Assembly (NCBI GenBank): GCA_900752545.1
Contig: CAADVS010000038.1
Location: 6,083 to 70,082 of the forward strand
Length of the DNA stretch: 64,000 nucleotides
From: an uncultured Collinsella sp.
GTDB taxonomy: Bacteria; Actinomycetota; Coriobacteriia; Coriobacteriales; Coriobacteriaceae
Direction of reading: 5' to 3'
The notes under the pieces: model-generated
Databases searched by the model: none
The model's input: only the letters and a program-made list of their open reading frames with translations
Told to the model about the DNA's origin: nothing
Position numbers and translations under genes: made by a program
Shown here: positions 18,805 to 27,427 of the stretch, in pieces
Numbering within the stretch: position 1 is the first letter of the stretch
How the letters are laid out: each line of letters starts with the position of its first letter

Positions 18805-21522
18805 ATGGATACTGTCAGCAATTACACCGAAACGCTCGAAAAGACCGTCCGTGACCTTCTCGAGCGTCAGGAGGATCTGATCAGGACCGCCTTTACCGAC
18901 CAGCTTACCGGGCTTGGCAACCGTGGCGGCTTTGCCCGTTCCCTCGAGGAGCTCTGGGAGCAGGACACCCCCGTTACCATGGCGTTCATCGACATCGACA
19001 ATCTCAAGCACTGCAACGACGTCTTTGGGCATGACGAGGGCAACCGCTATATCTTGCAGGTAAGCCTCTATCTCAAACTGTATATGAAAGTGGACGAGGC
19101 GGCGTTTCGCATAGGCGGCGACGAGTTTGCCATCCTATCTACGATTGCGACCGAGGACGACCTCGCCGAGCGTCTGGAACACTGCCGAACGATCCTGCTC
19201 AAAAACAACGATTCCGAGATGCCCCACTCGTTTAGCTACGGAGTGGCACACGCCGACCCCGCCCTGGGCGAAGCCTCCAATCGCATGACACTCGATGCCG
19301 ACCATCGCATGTACGACTACAAGCTACGTCATGCCATGCACCTCGATCGGCGCAATATCACGCAAGTCCACGCCGACGACTTCGAAATAAGCGATCGCAT
19401 TTTTGACGCCTTTTCGATGCTCAACGAGGGCCGTTATTTCTTTATCGAGAACTTGGACAAGGACCGCACCCTTTGGTCGCAAGGTGCCTTGCGCGATCTC
19501 GGTCTTCCTTCGGAGCACATAGACAGCTGCCGCGATTTCTGGAAGACGCGCGTCCATCCCGATGACCTCGAGGCCTACGCCAACGACATCAACCAGATCT
19601 TTAACGGCTCCAAACACCGCCGCGTCATGCAGTACCGCATGCGCAATGCCGCGGGTGACTACGTTCTCTGCCGTGCTCGCGGGTTTCGCATCGACGGCGA
19701 CGGAAATGCCCCCTCGCTCTATGTCGGCGAACTTGTCAACCACTCACTCGCCGAAACCGTCGACGCCGCTACGGGCCTCGGAACGCAGCGTATGCTGATC
19801 AACGCTATCGATGCCTGCCGCCGCGATCGTTGCGAGACGGGGCTTATAGCGGTGCGCGTTCGTGGCACGACAAAGCTCAACGAGCTCTACGGGGCCGAGG
19901 CTGTCGACAACATGCTTGCCGAATACGCAGGCCGTATGCTGTCGATCACCCGCGGCAGGAGCCGGGTCTACCGTTCACGAAGCGTCCAGTTCGTCGTGCT
20001 CAGCAACGATTTGGACCACGAGGCATTCGAGCAACTGACCCGCCACCTTAAAGAGGCCGTTTTCGCTCCTGTTCAAATCGCAGGCGACGCCATTACTCCC
20101 GTCTGTCTTGTCGTACCGGCCTTTTACGAGCACTTAACCCATCAAGCGACCGCCGTTTTAGGCGAACTCGACCGTCGCCTTCGCACGGCTGGCGGGCTTG
20201 TTCCCAACGACAGCCTCCCCATACCCGAGGCGGAGCGCAAAAGCGCCATCGCCGAACGTATCGACTCGCTCACGGGACTCTATCGACCCAGCGAGTTTAT
20301 GCGGCGCGCCAACGCATTTCTCGAGGCAAGGCGCGACGGCACCTGGTGCATCGCCACGGTCGACATGGGCCACATGCGCCTGTTTAATGAATGGCACGGC
20401 CAGGCCGAGGGCGACCGCGTACTCGCCGATGTGGGCACGGTCCTCAAGGACATCGAGAATGCCGATATGGGCGTCGCAGGGTACTGGGGCCAAGATGACT
20501 TTTGCGCACTCATCCCCTTTAAGCGCATCACCGTCCATCAAATCTACAACCGCGTTCGCGAGGTCGTAGCCAGGCATGATGACGGCGTAGGTTTTTGGCC
20601 GTCCATGGGCATTTACCCCATCGACTCCAATGAGGAGATCACCATCGATGCGCAGGCAAAGGCCATGTTTACCAATCGACGCGCCAAAAACGACTTCAAG
20701 GAGCGCATTGCCATTTTCCGCCCCGAAGAATATGAACACGAGATTGCGTTCCACCGCACGCTGACCGAGTTCCAGTACGCGCTCTCAAACGGCCGCATCA
20801 CGTACTACCTGCAGCCCCAGGTCGATATGGAAACCGGCGAGATCATTGGCGCCGAGGCACTCACCCGCTGGATTGACAAGGACGGCTCTCTCATTTCACC
20901 CGCAACGTTTATCCCCGCACTCGAGGAAAGCGGCTTTGTGGTGACGCTCGACAAGTACATTTGGCAGGGTGTCGCCTCGTGGCTGCGCGTGCGTCTCGAT
21001 CGCGGCCTTCGTGTGGTTCCGGTCTCGCTTAATGTGTCGCGCGTGGATATCCTTGCCTGCGACGTTGCCGAGCATATGGGGGCGCTTGCCGCCCAATACA
21101 ACCTACCGCCCGAGCTCATGCGTATCGAGATCACCGAGACGGCTTATACGGGAGAGTCCGAAGCCGTGGACAAACTGACAGCCGACTTGCACACCCGCGG
21201 CTTCTCGACCTATATGGACGATTTTGGCACCGGTCAGTCCACGCTCGCGATGCTCAAGAACGTCAACGTCGACGTCATCAAGCTCGACCGCACCTTTGTG
21301 CCCACCGACCGCGATCAAGGCCGCAGCGCGCAGATCGTGTCATCGATGCTCGAGATGGCGCAGTCGCTCCATCTGCCCATTGTAATCGAAGGCGTCGAGA
21401 CAGATGAGCAGGCGAACATGCTACGCCACATGGGTGCCCGCTACGCTCAGGGCTTCCTCTACTACCGCCCCATGCCGGCGAAGGATTTTGAGGCATTGCT
21501 CGATGGTGGCAATAACAACTGA
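18805..21522 (+). CDS. Cytoplasmic GGDEF-PAS-(degenerate GGDEF)x2-EAL protein
   Basis: Intact RIGGDEF, PAS (RVHPDD), degenerate GGDEF-like domains, EAL domain with EALTRW, DDFGTG, IKLD, EGVE, QGF. Confidence 0.9.
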   Translation: MDTVSNYTETLEKTVRDLLERQEDLIRTAFTDQLTGLGNRGGFARSLEELWEQDTPVTMAFIDIDNLKHCNDVFGHDEGNRYILQVSLYLKLYMKVDEAAFRIGGDEFAILSTIATEDDLAERLEHCRTILLKNNDSEMPHSFSYGVAHADPALGEASNRMTLDADHRMYDYKLRHAMHLDRRNITQVHADDFEISDRIFDAFSMLNEGRYFFIENLDKDRTLWSQGALRDLGLPSEHIDSCRDFWKTRVHPDDLEAYANDINQIFNGSKHRRVMQYRMRNAAGDYVLCRARGFRIDGDGNAPSLYVGELVNHSLAETVDAATGLGTQRMLINAIDACRRDRCETGLIAVRVRGTTKLNELYGAEAVDNMLAEYAGRMLSITRGRSRVYRSRSVQFVVLSNDLDHEAFEQLTRHLKEAVFAPVQIAGDAITPVCLVVPAFYEHLTHQATAVLGELDRRLRTAGGLVPNDSLPIPEAERKSAIAERIDSLTGLYRPSEFMRRANAFLEARRDGTWCIATVDMGHMRLFNEWHGQAEGDRVLADVGTVLKDIENADMGVAGYWGQDDFCALIPFKRITVHQIYNRVREVVARHDDGVGFWPSMGIYPIDSNEEITIDAQAKAMFTNRRAKNDFKERIAIFRPEEYEHEIAFHRTLTEFQYALSNGRITYYLQPQVDMETGEIIGAEALTRWIDKDGSLISPATFIPALEESGFVVTLDKYIWQGVASWLRVRLDRGLRVVPVSLNVSRVDILACDVAEHMGALAAQYNLPPELMRIEITETAYTGESEAVDKLTADLHTRGFSTYMDDFGTGQSTLAMLKNVNVDVIKLDRTFVPTDRDQGRSAQIVSSMLEMAQSLHLPIVIEGVETDEQANMLRHMGARYAQGFLYYRPMPAKDFEALLDGGNNN

Positions 21523-21649
21523 TACGCTCGCGCGCAAAACGCCACCGTCGAAGGGGGCATTTGTCTCCATTAGCTAACTTATTACCCCAATTCAAACCGA
21601 ATTGGGGATATGATACAAACCGTTGTTCCGCCCAAGGAGGTTATCCATC

Positions 21650-23179
21650 ATGAACGAGTCATATCGCCTGGGTGAGCAATCGATTATTGCCTATCTTCAG
21701 CGACTTGCGAATGGCATCTCGACCGCCGAACTCGATGTTGCCGCGCTGCCTGCTGAGCTGCGCGCCGTTGGCGAGCAACTGCAAAAGACGCATGCCATCC
21801 TGCAACAAGAGCGCCGGCTGCTTGAGAGCAACGCCTATATCGACCCGCTCACCAACTTGGGCAACCGCGGCGGACTCGACCGTCACGTCGAGCAACTCTG
21901 GCACAAAGGTGACCCCTTCACCTGCGCCTATATTGACATCGACCATCTCAAACATTGCAATGATAGGTTTGGCCACGCCGAAGGCAATCGCTATATTCTG
22001 AGCATCTGCCGCACGCTCTCCGAAACCATGGAGCACGATGAGATGCTGTTCCGCATCGGTGGAGACGAGTTTGTGCTCATCTCGCTCTCCGCAAACGAGA
22101 CCGAACTCGAGCAGCGCTTGGAGCGGGTACGTGCCGGGCTGATCGAGGCGAGCTCAAGTGGCAAGGCGCCCATGATCGCCAGCTTTAGCTTTGGCTGCTC
22201 GCGCGTCGATCCACTTGCCGGCGACACGCGTCGCCAGATGACGATGGATGCCGATCGCAAGATGTATCGCTATAAGCTTATGCATCGTGTGCAGCAACCG
22301 AAAGACAATGACGCGCCGCAACGCCCAATCGTCGATCAGCTTCCCTGCAACGACCGGGTGTTCCAAGCGATCTCCATGAGCTCCGAGACGCGCTATCCGT
22401 TCATCCTTAACCTCGATACGGGAGAATCGCAATGGTCGGTTAACGCCGTGCGCGATTTTGACCTGCCCTCCCAGCACCCTTTTAACTCACTCGACATGTG
22501 GCTCGCCCGCGTTCATCCCGAGGACCGCGACAACGTACGCGCCGAGCTCGACATGGTGATAAACGGCACGTGGCACTTCCCCTACATGCAGTATCGCGTA
22601 ATGGATGCCACCGGAAAATACGTGCTTTGCGACTGCACAGGTTACCGCTTGGACGGCACCGATACCGAGCCCAGCATGTATGTGGGCACTATCATCAACC
22701 GAAGCTTGGCAGATACGACCGACTCGGTAACGGGCCTGGGCGATGTCCACGCGCTGGTCAACGCTATTGGAGAGATGCGCCGCGTGGCGCGCGAGGCAGG
22801 CTTTATTGCCATTAAGGTCGACGATATCGCCGAAGTCAATGCCCGCTTTGGATTCGATGCAGGCGACCGCGTGCTCGCCGAAAGTGCCGCCTGCCTCATG
22901 GATTGTTCGCGCGGCAAGGGTCGCCTGTTCCGCTCGACGGGACCAATGTTCGTGGCGCTTTTCGATGAGCTCGGCCCCGAGGCAATCGACGAGCTCGCAA
23001 ACGAAATCGAACGATTCCTGGGTTCTCCCGTGCTCATCGGCTCGCTTGAATATCAGCCGCCCATTCGCGTGGCCACGCTCCATCTGAACAGCGTTGACCG
23101 ACAGCCCGTTTCCATTTTGAACGAGCTCAAAGCGTTGCTCGGTAAAGCCGTGCAGGTTCCAGGTACCAAACTGGATTAG
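21650..23179 (+). CDS. Diguanylate cyclase: GGDEF-PAS-degenerate GGDEF
   Basis: DPLTNLGNR, DIDHLKHCND..GHAEGN, RIGGDEF, PAS RVHPED; AAGGAGG RBS before ATG 21650. Confidence 0.88.
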   Translation: MNESYRLGEQSIIAYLQRLANGISTAELDVAALPAELRAVGEQLQKTHAILQQERRLLESNAYIDPLTNLGNRGGLDRHVEQLWHKGDPFTCAYIDIDHLKHCNDRFGHAEGNRYILSICRTLSETMEHDEMLFRIGGDEFVLISLSANETELEQRLERVRAGLIEASSSGKAPMIASFSFGCSRVDPLAGDTRRQMTMDADRKMYRYKLMHRVQQPKDNDAPQRPIVDQLPCNDRVFQAISMSSETRYPFILNLDTGESQWSVNAVRDFDLPSQHPFNSLDMWLARVHPEDRDNVRAELDMVINGTWHFPYMQYRVMDATGKYVLCDCTGYRLDGTDTEPSMYVGTIINRSLADTTDSVTGLGDVHALVNAIGEMRRVAREAGFIAIKVDDIAEVNARFGFDAGDRVLAESAACLMDCSRGKGRLFRSTGPMFVALFDELGPEAIDELANEIERFLGSPVLIGSLEYQPPIRVATLHLNSVDRQPVSILNELKALLGKAVQVPGTKLD

Positions 23180-23250
23180 CACCGCGCCCGCACCGCCTCC
23201 CCCATCGTGCGATAATCCTCTGCAGAAGTCACCAACAGCAGAGGGAGTTT

Positions 23251-23877
23251 GTGATGAAGGTTCTTTTGGTCAATGGCAGTCCCAAGGCAAACGGCAACAC
23301 CGCCCGCGCACTCGCCGAAGTCGCCGAGCAACTCAACGCCGAGGGTATCGATACCGAGGTGTTCCAGCTGGGCGCCAAGCCCATTCGCGACTGCATTGGC
23401 TGTGGCCAGTGCGGCAAGCTCGATTGCCGCTGCACCTTTGACGACGATGTGGTGAACGAGCTGATCGCTGCCGCCGAGCAGGCAGATGGCTTTGTCTTTG
23501 GCTCCCCCGTCTACTATGCGCATCCCAGCGGACGCATCCTCTCGGCTCTCGACCGCGCATTCTATGCTGGCAGCAAGGCCTTTGCGCACAAGCCGGGTGC
23601 CGCGGTCGCCGTCGCCCGCCGTGGCGGCACGTCGACCACCTTCGATGTACTCAACAAGTACTTCACTATCAACCAGATGCCCGTGGTGGCCTCCACGTAC
23701 TGGAACAACGTCTTTGGTGCCATGCCGGGCGAGGCCACCCAGGACGCCGAGGGCCTGGCCACCATGCGAAACATCGGCAAAAACATGGCCTGGCTCCTGC
23801 GCTGTATCGAGGCAGGACAGGCCGCCGGTATCAACGCACCCGAGGCAGATCGAGCAACGACCAACTTCATTCGATAG
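23251..23877 (+). CDS. Flavodoxin-like iron-sulfur flavoprotein (NADPH-dependent FMN reductase family)
   Basis: NGSPKANGNT, CIGCGQC..LDCRC, GSPVYY. Confidence 0.88.
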   Translation: MMKVLLVNGSPKANGNTARALAEVAEQLNAEGIDTEVFQLGAKPIRDCIGCGQCGKLDCRCTFDDDVVNELIAAAEQADGFVFGSPVYYAHPSGRILSALDRAFYAGSKAFAHKPGAAVAVARRGGTSTTFDVLNKYFTINQMPVVASTYWNNVFGAMPGEATQDAEGLATMRNIGKNMAWLLRCIEAGQAAGINAPEADRATTNFIR

Positions 23878-23888
23878 AGCGGCGGAGC

Positions 23889-24230
23889 ATGAATATCCAG
23901 ATTTTTGGAACCAAAAAGTCTTTCGATACCAAGAAGGCCCAGCGCTATTTTAAGGAGCGCCGCATTAAGGTGCAGTTTATTGACCTTAGGGAAAAGGAGA
24001 TGAGCAAGGGCGAGCTCACGAGCGTGATGCAGGCGGTCGGCGGCATCGACAAGCTGCTCAACCCCAAGGCCAAGGACGAGGAGACGCTCGCGCTCATCCA
24101 GCACCTTACCCCTAGCCAGCGCTTCGACAAACTGCTCGAAAACCAGCAGGTTCTAGCCGAACCCATCGTGCGCAACGGCAAAAAGGCCACTGTCGGTTAT
24201 TGCCCCGATGTATGGGGAGCCTGGGAGTAG
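23889..24230 (+). CDS. ArsC/Spx family protein
   Basis: MNIQIFGTKK.FDTKKA.RYFKER, EPIVRNGKKATVGY. Confidence 0.8.
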   Translation: MNIQIFGTKKSFDTKKAQRYFKERRIKVQFIDLREKEMSKGELTSVMQAVGGIDKLLNPKAKDEETLALIQHLTPSQRFDKLLENQQVLAEPIVRNGKKATVGYCPDVWGAWE

Positions 24231-24316
24231 CCTGTGTTATTTGCCGGCGCGTGGGTATAAGAGCAGGCGTTTGGCATAAGATTCAACTGTAAGCCATGTC
24301 TAACAAAGGAGGGCAC

Positions 24317-25447
24317 ATGCCCAACAAACCCGTGAAGATCATCATGCTTACCGGATACCTCGGTGCCGGCAAGACCACGCTGCTCAACCACATCCTCGCT
24401 AACGACGGCAGCATCCGCGCCGCCGTGATCGTCAACGATATCGGCGAGATCAATGTCGACGCCAGTCTTATCGCCGACGGCGGCCTTTCCGAGACCGACG
24501 ACCTCATCCCGCTCACCAACGGCTGCATCTGCTGCACGCTTTCGGACGACCTGGCCAACCAGCTGCAGGGCATTGCCGATTCGGGCAAGTTCGACTACAT
24601 CATCATCGAGGCATCGGGTATTTGCGAGCCTATCCCCATCGCCTACACCATCTCGAGCTTCTGCGACGAGGCCAAGGTGGGCGGCGAGCCCAAGCTCGCG
24701 CTCGACAACATCGTGGCCGTGGTCGACTGCGCCCGCATGTACGACGAGTTCAACGGCGGTCGCGACCTGCTGGCTGAGGATATCGACGAGGACGACATCG
24801 AAAGCCTGCTCATCCAGCAAATCGAGTTCTGCTCCACGCTGATCCTTAACAAGACCGATACCGTGACGCCCGAGCAGATCGCCGAGCTCAAGGCCATCGT
24901 GCGCAGCCTGCAGAAGGACGCCGTGATCGTCGAGGCCCAAAACGGCGAGGTCCCCATGGAGGAGCTGCTCGATACCGACCGCTTCGACTTTATGCGCGCC
25001 TACAACTCCGCCGCCTGGATCGAGGCCATGGAGCATCCCGAGGAGCACGACGACCCCGAAGTGCTCGAGTACGACATCGAGACCTTTGTGTACTCGCGCC
25101 GCAAGCCGTTTGACCTGCAGAAGTTCACTGATTTTGTTGAGCAGGAGTGGCCCGACGAGGTCATCCGCGTCAAGGGTCCGCTGTGGCAGACCGGTGATCC
25201 GGACATGTGCTACATGTTTGAGCAGGCCGGCCACCAGATGCGCCTGATGGAGAACGGCCTGTTCGTTGACTCCGCGCCCGAGGGCGAGAAGCAGAAGATC
25301 ATCGACGAGAACCCCGAGATCATGCAAATTTGGGACGACGAGACGGGCGACCGCATGACGAGCCTGTGCATCATCGGCCGTCACATGGACAAGGACGCGC
25401 TCATCGCCTCCCTCGATGCCTGCCTGACCGACTGGCACCGCGCCTAG
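24317..25447 (+). CDS. COG0523/CobW family G3E metallochaperone GTPase
   Basis: GYLGAGKTT, GCICC, IEASG, NKTD, C-terminal IRVKG and IIGR. Confidence 0.92.
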   Translation: MPNKPVKIIMLTGYLGAGKTTLLNHILANDGSIRAAVIVNDIGEINVDASLIADGGLSETDDLIPLTNGCICCTLSDDLANQLQGIADSGKFDYIIIEASGICEPIPIAYTISSFCDEAKVGGEPKLALDNIVAVVDCARMYDEFNGGRDLLAEDIDEDDIESLLIQQIEFCSTLILNKTDTVTPEQIAELKAIVRSLQKDAVIVEAQNGEVPMEELLDTDRFDFMRAYNSAAWIEAMEHPEEHDDPEVLEYDIETFVYSRRKPFDLQKFTDFVEQEWPDEVIRVKGPLWQTGDPDMCYMFEQAGHQMRLMENGLFVDSAPEGEKQKIIDENPEIMQIWDDETGDRMTSLCIIGRHMDKDALIASLDACLTDWHRA

Positions 25448-25486
25448 GTTTATCCAAGCGGGCATTTTTCCGCCTATGTAACTGCC

Positions 25487-25521
25487 AAACCACCACGAAG
25501 GTGCCCTTCGTGGTGGTTTTT
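25487..25521 (+). terminator. Rho-independent terminator
   Basis: AAACCACCACGAAG-GTGCC-CTTCGTGGTGGTTTTT. Confidence 0.65.
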
Positions 25522-25542
25522 CGTTCTGAGCCAAGGAGATTC

Positions 25543-26142
25543 ATGTTCAACATTGTGCTGTATGCGCCCGAGATTCCGGCCAATACGGGCAATATCGGCC
25601 GCACCTGCGTGGTTACCGGCACCCGCCTGCATCTGGTGGAGCCGCTGGGGTTTTCGCTCGACGACAAGACGGTACGTCGCGCCGGCCTGGGCTACTGGCA
25701 AAACTTGGACGTGACGACCTATGCCGGCTGGGAGGACTTCCTTGCGCGCAATGACCTCTCCCCTGCCGACGAACGCCTGCATCTGCTGACCAAAAAGGCA
25801 CGCCGCACCTATGCGCAGAGTACCTACCGCGATGGCGACTACTTGGTCTTTGGCAGCGAGAGCTCGGGCATTCCCGAGGAGCTACTCGCTGCAGCGCCCA
25901 CGTGCTGCGAGCGCATCCCGATGCTGCGCGATTGCGATTCGCTTGACAACGCCGAGGCCTGGGAAACCCACGAGGAATCGCTGGGGCATACCGAGGACAG
26001 CCACGAGGCCATCCTTCAACAGGACATCTGCGGCAACTTCGTCAATCCGAACGACTACCGCATCAGCGCACTCAACCTCTCCAACAGCGCCGCCATCGTC
26101 CTCTACGAGGCTCTGCGCCAAACAGGCTTTCCGGGAATGTGA
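25543..26142 (+). CDS. trmL: tRNA (cytidine/uridine34-2'-O)-methyltransferase with internal insertion
   Basis: PEIPANTGNIGRTC, LHLVEPLGF, RRAGLGYW, FGSESSG, LNLSNS..IVLYEALRQ. Confidence 0.9.
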   Translation: MFNIVLYAPEIPANTGNIGRTCVVTGTRLHLVEPLGFSLDDKTVRRAGLGYWQNLDVTTYAGWEDFLARNDLSPADERLHLLTKKARRTYAQSTYRDGDYLVFGSESSGIPEELLAAAPTCCERIPMLRDCDSLDNAEAWETHEESLGHTEDSHEAILQQDICGNFVNPNDYRISALNLSNSAAIVLYEALRQTGFPGM

Positions 26143-26168
26143 CAAAGGAACTTTCCCTTTGTTACATT
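26136..26168. repeat. Family-A REP-like palindrome overlapping the trmL stop codon
   Basis: AATGTGACAAAGGAACTTTCCCTTTGTTACATT. Confidence 0.75.
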
Positions 26169-26286
26169 CAAGCGCCACGCCGATGGCACGCACGCCTAAT
26201 TGATGCTCTAGATAAAGAGCCCTCATTTTTAATCAGAATTAACTAAAGTAAAATGAAGTTAAACGGCGGTGTGAAAGGAGAGCCTT

Positions 26287-27387
26287 GTGAAATACCTCGA
26301 AAACCCGTTTACCCCTAGTTTTGGTGAGGTTCCTGCCCATCTCGCTGGCAGACAACAGATTATTCGGGATTTGGACCGTGCCTTCTTGAGCCAGCGCAGG
26401 CGCCCAGAATTGACCTCGATCTTCTCGGGCGCGCGTGGAACCGGTAAAACCGCTCTCATGTCGTCGCTCGCGACAAGGGCGGAATCCCACGGCTGGATAG
26501 CCGTAAAGACGACCGCGCTCCCGGGAATGCTTGAGGAAATCGAGCTCGGGACGAAACGTGCCGCAGCCCATCTCATCGACTCGTCCACCCACTTCGAAGT
26601 CACCGGCCTCGGAATTGCACCGCTCGGCAGCATCGAGGTCAATCGCGTTCACGATGCCTCAACCTGGCGTTATCGCATGAGCGACATCATCGACCAGCTC
26701 AACGAGGCGGGCACCGGTCTGCTCGTCACGGTTGACGAGGTGGACCCGACACTCGACGAGATGATTCAGCTTGCAGCGACGTATCAGCACTTTGTGACCG
26801 ATGGGAAACGCGTCGCCCTGCTCATGGCGGGACTTCCCAACAACGTCTCGACGTTGCTGAACCACAAGACGGTCTCGTTCCTTCGCCGCGCCCAACAATA
26901 TCATCTGGGTCGCATTGCCGACTATGACGTACGCGAGGCCTTGATTCGCACAATTCAGGAAAACGATCGCCTGGCAGATGCTGAGGGAATCGATAGAGCC
27001 GTTCGCTCGATCTCTGGTTTTCCCTTCCTATTGCAACTCGTAGGCTACCGTGCCTGGGATCTCACAAGCGATTCGAAGGAAATCTCGTCACGCGACTTTG
27101 ACCTGGGAATCAAAATCGCGCGTGACGAGATGGACGACCGAATCCTTGCGGCAACCTATCGGGAACTCACTGCAGAGGACAAGCGATTCCTCATCGCCAT
27201 GCTCGATGACGAGGAAGAGTCCACCACCGCTGACCTTGTCGAGCGCCTTAAGCGTTCGCCGCAGCAGGTCTCCCGCTACCGACGCCGCATGATAGATGCC
27301 GGCATCATTGGAGAACGCGGGCGCGGAATCGTCGCTTTTGAATTGCCATTCTTCCGCGACTATCTCGCCGCTCAGTGCGTGAAATAG
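26287..27387 (+). CDS. AAA (AAA_16-like) ATPase with C-terminal winged HTH, paralog 1
   Basis: ENPFTPSFG..P..LAGR, Walker A SGARGTGKT, Walker B VTVDE, GFPFLLQLVGY, C-terminal HTH-like segment. Confidence 0.82.
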   Translation: MKYLENPFTPSFGEVPAHLAGRQQIIRDLDRAFLSQRRRPELTSIFSGARGTGKTALMSSLATRAESHGWIAVKTTALPGMLEEIELGTKRAAAHLIDSSTHFEVTGLGIAPLGSIEVNRVHDASTWRYRMSDIIDQLNEAGTGLLVTVDEVDPTLDEMIQLAATYQHFVTDGKRVALLMAGLPNNVSTLLNHKTVSFLRRAQQYHLGRIADYDVREALIRTIQENDRLADAEGIDRAVRSISGFPFLLQLVGYRAWDLTSDSKEISSRDFDLGIKIARDEMDDRILAATYRELTAEDKRFLIAMLDDEEESTTADLVERLKRSPQQVSRYRRRMIDAGIIGERGRGIVAFELPFFRDYLAAQCVK

Positions 27388-27391
27388 GCAT

Positions 27392-27426
27392 CAATGAGGC
27401 AAAGGGGCTGTCCCTTTGCCTCATTG
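27392..27426. repeat. Family-A REP-like palindrome
   Basis: CAATGAGGCAAAGGGGCTGTCCCTTTGCCTCATTG. Confidence 0.75.
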
Positions 27427-27427
27427 T

